Shown in pieces: positions 55,735 to 64,000 of a stretch of DNA of 64,000 nucleotides. How positions within the stretch are numbered: the stretch's first letter is position 1; each line of letters begins with the position of its first letter. The DNA comes from Chrysomallon squamiferum (lineage: Eukaryota > Animalia > Mollusca): the NCBI GenBank assembly GCA_012295275.1, contig CM022670.1:8866001-8930000 (forward strand), written 5' to 3'. The translations under genes were made by a program, and so were the position numbers. Under the pieces are notes generated by a model. That model was given only the letters and a program-made list of their open reading frames with translations, was not told the origin of the DNA and did not search any database.

Positions 55735-56400
55735 AAAGCAAAAAATGTAATTAAAATTTTAGAACTAAAACAAAACTAATTATTGATGAGAACCACTTTT
55801 CATCAAACGTTACTGTACAGTGCGAAAAAGTATTTATGATTGTTGACACTTCAAATGTTGATATTAAAAATTTAAAAAAAAAAAATATTGATAATGAAAT
55901 GAAAAAAGGATAAATAACAAAAAATAAACAAAAAATAAAAACAAAGAAACAAAGCATAAGAAGCAATTAAAATTTTAGAACTAAAACCAAACCTAAGAAA
56001 AGATGTTCGGCTATATAACTAGCTCAAGGGAACGTATTGATGACGTAAACAATGACATGACGTCATTAATTATTGATGATAATTACTTTTGATCAAACGT
56101 TACTGTACAGTGCGAAAACGTATTTATCCTTGTTGACATTGCAAATAATCCTAGCCAAAATCACTATTGAAAATTAAAAATAATATTAATAATAAAAAAA
56201 TATATATATTGATATTGAAATGAAAAAGATAAATAATAAATAAAAAGAAAAGAAATAAAGCATAAGAAGTAACAAAAAAATTTAAAACTAAAAGCAGACC
56301 TATGAAAATATGTTCGGCTGTAAGGCTAGCGAATAGGAAAGTATTGTCAAAACTGATTTCACGTCATTGATTATTGAATGAAAACTACTTTTGGTCCAAT
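55735..56400. repeat. Degenerate tandem triplication (200-300 bp units) in intron 2 of gene B
   Basis: AATTAAAATTTTAGAACTAAAAC and ATCAAACGTTACTGTACAGTGCGAAAA recur at about 55749/55965/56275 and 55802/56092. Confidence 0.8.
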
Positions 56401-57039
56401 GTGTACGTGCATGTGCGTATACGAGAAGGTAGTACGTGCATACATGTGTGCATGTGCTGTGATTGTGTAAACGTGTGTGCAGCAGATTCGAATCTGTGAG
56501 TCTTTGCAGTGAGGCTTTTCTGTCAAAGAAAACTTCGTGACTGTTCTTTGTGTAGAATGAGCAGATTCGTTTTTAGTTTGATTTTAAAAGGAAATAATAT
56601 TTATTAACAGTTCATAAATTCTATACAAACGTGCGTGAATGCAGCAAAGGAAATGGAAAAGTTACAATGAAATTGCGTTTAAAATAATTTCAGAATATAT
56701 AATGTAATTGTGTGTGTGTGTGTGTGTGTAGATGTTAGCTGTTTTTGTGTGTATTGTTAACTTAGGTGCGCTGATGTATGTTTATGAATGTGTATTTATG
56801 TATATGTGTGTATGTGTGTGTGTGTAATATATTGATTATATATAATGTTTTTCCATGCGAATGTATTTACGTTTATTGTTACGTAGATAGTGTTAGTAAG
56901 TGTGCACGTACACAGTACTTATTTTACATGAAATCATAATTCGTGGTATGAAAATACACAGCCATTTAATCTATAAATTAAGAAATTAATAATTGATTCA
57001 GAAACAAATGAAAACATTAATAAATATAAAAACACTTAC

Positions 57040-57076
57040 CTCCTCTCATTAACATTGCGACAAAGATAGACAAAAC
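57040..57076 (-). CDS. Gene B exon 2 (signal peptide core VLSIFVAMLMRG)
   Basis: 37 nt, TTTTTCCCCCAG|...GGAG|GTAAGT, phase 0-1. Confidence 0.87.
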
Positions 57077-57252
57077 CTGGGGGAAAAACAATAGAAGATT
57101 TAAATATTTAGTGAATATTACAAACATCCATCCATCCATCCATCCATCCACACATATATATATAGAGACATACACATATATATGCATACATACACACACA
57201 TATACATAAACACATTTTTTCTAGTATTGAATTATAAATTAATGAAATAACG

Positions 57253-57327
<75 letters not shown>

Positions 57328-57597
57328 GTAAAATGCAGCCACCATAAAGAACAAGAAGAGAGTAGAAGCTGAGGTGAGAGTTAAAACAACGTTGATAATA
57401 ACTAATGTTTTATAATACTTTTTTTTTTTTTTTACATTTTTATCAAACTTGAAACATGATTGAATTTTCTGACTGAAATAAAAAAAAAAGAAAAAAAAAG
57501 AAGAAATACACGAAGAAGGAGAGAAAAAAAAGAAAGAAAGAAAGAAAGAAATATTTAAAATAAATAAACCAAAATGTAAATGGCAGCTAAAAATTAC

Positions 57598-57645
57598 CTT
57601 TTGTAACTGAACCATCATATTTGGAGAAACAGCAAAACAATTCAT
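57598..57645 (-). CDS. Gene B exon 1 coding part (MNCFAVSPNMMVQLQK)
   Basis: AAG|GTAAT donor, phase 0; the four exons join to 2313 nt, or 770 aa plus stop. Confidence 0.75.
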
Positions 57646-57929
57646 TCAGATGTTCAAGAACTATTGTAAAATAGTTGATACTTATTTATCTTTCGTTTTT
57701 TTTTTTCCCTTCAGATCGCGAGAAGCACCGCAGTCGATATTCACCTGTGTCGAACTGTACGTGTCACTGGTGTGGACAGAACCGTTATTGTGAAAATGAC
57801 GAAGGCGGATGCTTCTGCTCAGCGTTAATCAATGACAGCGATTTTGTACACAGCGATACACACATAACTGTCAAATCAGTGAAAAGAAAACAGTTTGGCT
57901 GCTTGACAATATGTGGCGGCAAAAACGCA

Positions 57930-58440
57930 ATATATGACAGAAAAAGACAGTATATGACAGCCAAAAAGAAACTATTTGACAGCAAAAAAGACAGTATATG
58001 ACAGCAAAAAGAAACTATTTGACAGCAAAAAAGACAGTATATTACAGCAAAAAGAAAATATTTCATAGTAAAATGACAATATATCAAGCAAAACGACAAT
58101 ATATGACAGGAGAAAGACAATATAGAGCAGCAAAAAGAAATTATTTGATAGCAAAATGACAATATGTGACAACAAAAAGAGATTATATGACAACAAAATG
58201 ACAATATGTGACAGCAAAACGACAATATATGACAGGAGAAAGACAATATAGAGCAGCAAAAAGAAATTATTTGATAGCAGAATGACAATATGTGACAACA
58301 AAAAGAGATTATATGACAACAAAACGACAATATGTGACAGCAAAAAGACAATATATGGCAGCAAAAAAGAAATTATATGACAGTAAAAAGACAATTTACG
58401 GTTACATAAAAGACACTATGCAAAGACAATACGAAAATGA
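57930..58440. repeat. Minisatellite, unit about 21 bp, homologous to 41130-42050
   Basis: GACAGCAAAA(A/C)GACAATATAT units with a higher-order internal duplication of about 124 bp. Confidence 0.9.
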
Positions 58441-58696
58441 TCTCTATATATAACATTATATAAAATGTATGAAACATCACGAAGATAAAAGGTTACTGAT
58501 ATACGCCAGTAACACCATATTGTTTGTATATGTCATATATGTACAGAATAAATGACAGTAAGAATACATTATGATGAATATAATATATGACAATATAACT
58601 GTAACAATAATGTGTCTGTAGAATGTGTATGGTAATAAAAGGACAATAAGAAGAAAATATACTAAATATGACATTAAGATAACTATTACTCGATAA

Positions 58697-58728
<32 letters not shown>

Positions 58729-59020
58729 ATATTAAATGATATATCTTTTGGACGAAACAGATAAGTAACATAGATGGATATATATATATATAAGAACCTA
58801 AATATGACACAAACATGAATCAATCAGTCTCACGCACACACGCACAAAATTACATTATAAAACAATTGGGTCCCCTCCGTTCAGCAACTTTCTTATGTTT
58901 TCAAATAATCTACAAAAACACAGCTTAAAAGAACAAAAGAGTTAGTTCTGTCGCGAAACAACATCGATCCAAACACCCACATCTCCTGAAGGCAAACTAA
59001 GCTTACAGGGAACAAACGTA

Positions 59021-59274
59021 ATATTTCTAGTATATATTTTTTAATATTTTCTTATTTATTTATTTATTTTTTTAAAATAATAATTCAAAAAAAACATAAC
59101 AAACTGGCGTTCAGAATTACTATCAAGCCAGAACTGTATCCAAGTCATATTTCTAGTATATATGTTTTAATATTTTCTTATTTATTTATTTATTTTTTTA
59201 AAATAATAATACAAAAAAACATAACAAACTGTCGTTCAGAATTACTTCAGTAAGCCAGAACTTGTATCCATGTC
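59021..59274. repeat. Tandem duplication, about 126 bp
   Basis: ATATTTCTAGTATAT...GTTCAGAATTACT...GCCAGAACT(T)GTATCCA occurs twice, at 59021 and 59147. Confidence 0.88.
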
Positions 59275-59917
59275 TCTGTCATTTACGAGCTCTGGAAGAA
59301 TCTGTATGTAGGAAGGGTACATAGCTTTATTGGCAATCCATTATGTCTCAGTGTCATAATACTGAGTTCATCGATCAGCTGTTTCGCGCTGGCTAGACCC
59401 CAAGTGACATAAAATACACAAAAAAAAAAAAAAAAAAAAAAAAAGAGAAGCTTTGTTATTGGTATAATGTCTAAAAATACAGCGCTGTTATTGATTCTAG
59501 CTGTAAATAAAAATACCTGTATAATGCATCCTTTACGCATACCCATTTCCTCCAGTACGTGAGTGTAAATTAAGTCAACTGTGCGTATGCGTGTGTGTGT
59601 GTTTGTGTGTTTGTTTGTGTGTTATATATTGATATGTTATATTTTTAGCTTGCGAATGTATTTTTGTTTATAGTTTAAGTAGATATTAGTATGTGTGTAT
59701 GTACCCAGTACTTATTTTACATGTCCAGATTTAGAAGACATTAATTTCATATCATCAAAATAAACTTCGATTTATTCAGTCATGAACAGAAAATTATTTC
59801 TATGATTAAAAGTTTCAAAATGTTGCCCTCTAATTTCATGTATACAGATTTTTTTTCAGTAAAAATTGGTGTATGTATGTATGTTTATTTTCATTTCATA
59901 TTCATGTTTCTATCTAT

Positions 59918-60017
<100 letters not shown>

Positions 60018-60657
60018 CTCCCTCCCTCCCTCTCTCCACTGTGGTTATCTGTAAGTGCGTATACGCTTCTTTTATGTTGATATTTATTCACTAATCTCAG
60101 AGCACATTCATTCTTCAATAAAACATCTTGTTTATTGTACAGTATTTTATTTTATTTTATATTTTTAAAATGTTTGCTGTTGTTGTTATTTTCGTCGTAT
60201 TAGTATAAATAAATCGAATCAAAATAATAATAATAAAAAATACTTTTAACTGTACACACGCATATATATGTGTATCTGTTTGTGTGTGTGTGTGTGTGTT
60301 TGCTTATATGTGTGAATGTGTGTGTGTGTGTGTCCATGTGTGTATGTGTATAAATACATAAAAACACATACATTTTTACATACAAATTCACAAATATATG
60401 TGAACACATTCACAATTACAGCATACACTCAACCAGCACATTCTTTATTTATTTATATAAAAGACAAAAATGAACTTAAGAACTTTGTTTATTAATCGTT
60501 GGAAATACATCATAGTTTCTCCATAACGATAATTTTTAAACAACATGCATACATGTATATGGAAAAATCTGTGTAAGATATATTCACTCTATATGGAAAC
60601 AAACAAACAAACAAACAAACAAACAGACAGACAGACAAAAATATAATAAATAATAGC

Positions 60658-60733
<76 letters not shown>

Positions 60734-61090
60734 TAAAAATAAATAAATAAAAATAAACCACAATAAGAAGAAACAATGAGACTGCAAAACAGTTCAACCC
60801 TGATGTAAACATGCATTGAAATTGTTAAGAATATGTACATTTGGACAACTGAATTTAGCATCTAACACCTCCCTTAAGCTGAACTTTCTACTGAAGCCAG
60901 CGACTGCGCTAACAACAATCAAGTGCTTTAATATTTCTTTAACAACGGACTGGTCTTTCATACAAGTCATACAAGCTACAGTTTAGGATCTCGGAGAATT
61001 CCAGCATCTGCTGCAAACAAAATAGCGGAGCCTCTACAGTTTCCTTTAGCTTATGACCTATCTTGTATGAAAATTCATCTTTGTTTTGAG

Positions 61091-61527
61091 CAGTGGTTCC
61101 CAAGGTGGGGCAATTTGAATATAATAGGGTGGGGAATCCTCATATATTGTAGAACGTGGTTTTACTGCTGTCTGTGATTTATTACTGAAAATAAAGAAAT
61201 CGATTTGGAAATCATAAAACGAGGAGATTTAAGGTTAAAACTGTCTAAATAAGTGTCTCAAATAAAAACACTGTATATCAAGCTCAAGATCGCATTAAAT
61301 GTCTAACTGGGATTAGATGATCTTGAGCTCGGTGAGTTAAGTTTGAACTTAAATTGGAAGAAAAATTGTTTGCCTAATTCTTAGCTTTGTTTAATTAAAG
61401 GATTTCTACTTTATATTACACTGTTTACACTTTTACAAAATTCAGTTTTTTTTTTTATCAAAGGGGGAGATAAAAACATTTTAGATGTTGAGGTGGGGCT
61501 TGGAACAAAAAAGGTTGGGAACCACTG
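61091..61527. mobile_element. Non-autonomous hAT (Charlie-like) DNA transposon
   Basis: TIRs CAGTGGTTCCCAA and TTGGGAACCACTG; 8-bp TSD GTTTTGAG / GTTTAGAG (7 of 8 match). Confidence 0.88.
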
Positions 61528-62150
61528 GTTTAGAGCTAACAATTAAAGACATGATGTGGTCTATACATATCTAGTTTGATTTCAGGATATTTTTGGGAAA
61601 ACATATATGTTCAATTTGTTTACATTTTTGTCTGGTTAATCAGTGTTAATAATATTTGCAACGTTTTTTTTTTTTGTTTTTTTTTAATTTTTTTACAAAA
61701 CATTTACCATTAATGCTGGTCCTTATGAGACATAACAACAAAGAAGAAGAAGAACAATATTTACAACAACAACAACAAAAAATAATAATACAATGTAAAA
61801 TTAAATAAAATAATAATGATGAAAAATAACAGTAATAATAATAGTAAAAACGAGCTGCATAATTACGTTTTTAAATTAAAATTTCTGATTAAAAAATAAA
61901 TAAAACGTATTTCACAGACAAGTGTAATTGTGTTAGTCATTTAAGTTAGAACAATAGTTCCAATTTCTGTAATATTTAGTGTGCTGTATCAAAGTCAGGG
62001 GTTAAAGCATGCCTTCCATGACCTATCTATGTGCGTGGTAGAAAAATTATAATATCATATTATTTTATTATTATTATTATTATTTTGAATGATTTTAAAC
62101 AGAATCTAATTTGGTATTGTTATTATTATGATAATATAATATTAATAGTA

Positions 62151-62184
<34 letters not shown>

Positions 62185-62490
62185 GTATATTCAAATTGAT
62201 AGCTAATCAAAAATAACTGTTGCTTTTATATAATAAGTAATCACAGTACTGGTGATCACAGTAAACTACATTATCACCTAATAAATCTGTTTACATTGTG
62301 TGTTTGTGTCAGTAAGTTTAAAATAACTGTAAACTACATTACCACCTAATAAAACTGTTTACATTGTGTGTTTGTGTTTGTGTCAGTAAGTTTAAAATGA
62401 CTGATCGATGATTACTGTACACCAAATTATTGCCGACTGAAACTGTTTACAAATATATATAGTCCGTGTACATCATTTCTGAGGGACTCT

Positions 62491-63269
62491 TCAATGTCTT
62501 TTTCGTTTCCATGCGTGCTTCCAGATATTCGAAAGACAGACCGTCGAATGGAAACGATAGAAAATTGCCAGCGGGCTGGAAAGATGAGCGAAAATATTCC
62601 ACGCCAGGATTCCGTAGAAGTCAATTTGAACCGGGTTGGCTTCTGACTGCTGAACTTCGAATGAGTTGACCATCCACATGCTGATGTTAACGATGAGAAG
62701 AAACGTCACAAACTCTCGCCCTGGCTTGGATCTCTCCTGCTCTCTCAAGTGCGCGCACCGCCGCAGCGAGTTGAGCATGAAGACGGTCTGAATGGTCGCC
62801 TGAAACATCCGCAGGACGCTGGACACGATGATGAGAATGCTCTGAATCTTCCCTGGGACGAAGGATCCGGCGATGATGCTGAGCAAGGAGAAGATGTAAA
62901 TGCCGACAAGAGCCAGGACGATCAGGTTCTGTTCCAGATCCATCGATTTCCCCGGAATGAACTCCAGCGAACGCATCTTGTAAAAAGCGATGATGACCGC
63001 TATCGACGTTACGACGAACAAGGCGATTTCGAAGAGGTATTCTAACAACATGGCTTTTTCGCCGGCTTTCTCTGATCGGACGAGGATGAAGAAGGTGATG
63101 ACGTTGATGACGGCGACTATAAGTACGAAAATACCCAAGAAAAGTCCTCGACTTGAGCCCGTGCAGTCAAGGTTCATGCGCTGTGCTTTCGCCTTCGCTG
63201 ATAGCACTTCTTCGCGGTCGAATGTGACTCCCTTTGAGCCAATATTTTTCCACATGATGTACACTATAC
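62491..63269 (-). CDS. Otop: Otopetrin proton channel (OtopLc-like), last coding exon
   Basis: Acceptor TATTTGTAG|GT (phase 1); several TM helices; motifs MWKNIG, DCTGSSRGLFLG, QATIQTVF, KPGREFVTFLLIVN, FYG..AW, PLAIFYRFHSTVCL..IWK. I found no upstream exon within the window. Confidence 0.93.
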
Positions 63270-64000
63270 CTACAAATAGATAAGCTTCACATTTTACTGG
63301 GATCATCAATATAAAACATTACATGTGTATTTGTGTAGGTGTTTATATATATATATATACGAATGCATATATGGTTTTTCTTTTGCCATTTCTTTCATTT
63401 CTTTTTCCTTCGTTGATTATACTGTGTCTTTTTCTTTATGACTCTTTTCTTCCGAGTATCTGCATTCATCTCTGTATTCTCTTCAATCAGTCTGTCATTA
63501 AAATCGTACGACACAGAAAAAAAACGCTTCAAAGTCTTCGCACAAATCTCTGAAAGGCACAAGTTTCGTCGAAGCAATTATTGTCCAGTCACAAAAAAGA
63601 AACCATTGACAAATTAACACGATCGGAATATCTCCGAACATCTAAAAATGTTTGCAATTACAGAACTCGACAATGGAAGGATACTGATGAAAGCCGAAAG
63701 CATCCGTTTTATTATCGCATGTTATACAGTAAGTAAATTAAACGCGGGATGATGGTACTTGTGAAAATTAAATATTATCGAACTCCGACCGGTTTACAAT
63801 ACGTTTGACGTAGATTTTTTTTCATCATTTTAAATGTACTCTGCGTTTTCTCGTACAAATGCGTTTACTCTGTGGAAATAGTCAGTCTTTGTTTTGTTTT
63901 GTGTAGGACTTTCCATACTTTTCAAACTGTTTGCTACTGAGATAGACCATGAAAGATTATTTCGCTTATTCATTCTTATTTTTTAGGTGTTCTGCGAAAA

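Noticed and set aside
62749-63283. Plus-strand ORFs over otopetrin (likewise 35029-35634 and 48370-49111)
   Set aside because: Antisense shadows of real coding exons.

Overview
AT-rich, microsatellite-dense animal DNA, probably a mollusc (gastropod-like SINE remnants and a mollusc-type membrane-anchor motif; the species cannot be determined). Most ORFs in the supplied track are microsatellite artefacts. From left to right: (i) a probable signal-peptide exon (5780-5867, minus) of a long-intron gene that continues off the left edge, with about 28 kb of upstream sequence containing CpG-richer islands; (ii) a tRNA-Ser(GCU) cluster of 2 canonical copies, 1 G24A variant and 1 pseudogene, with a 5'-truncated L1/Tx1-like LINE (14-bp TSD, poly-A) inserted 40-53 bp upstream of one tRNA, head-to-head; (iii) an orphan Ser/Thr/Ala 9-aa-repeat reading frame (29140-29424) that the ORF track missed; (iv) a tandem duplication (about 32.3-42.9 kb and 45.5-59.5 kb, with a decayed Tc1 DD34E transposon between the units), each unit carrying an intact 4-exon minus-strand gene for a type I membrane protein (signal peptide, IgGFc-binding/FCGBP N-terminal domain, mucin-like stalk, CxCxC/DDRPSA motif, TM; 670 and 770 aa) whose ectodomains differ in clustered patches within near-identical scaffolds; (v) the last coding exon of an otopetrin proton channel. 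All calls were made by manual reading. No searches were run.
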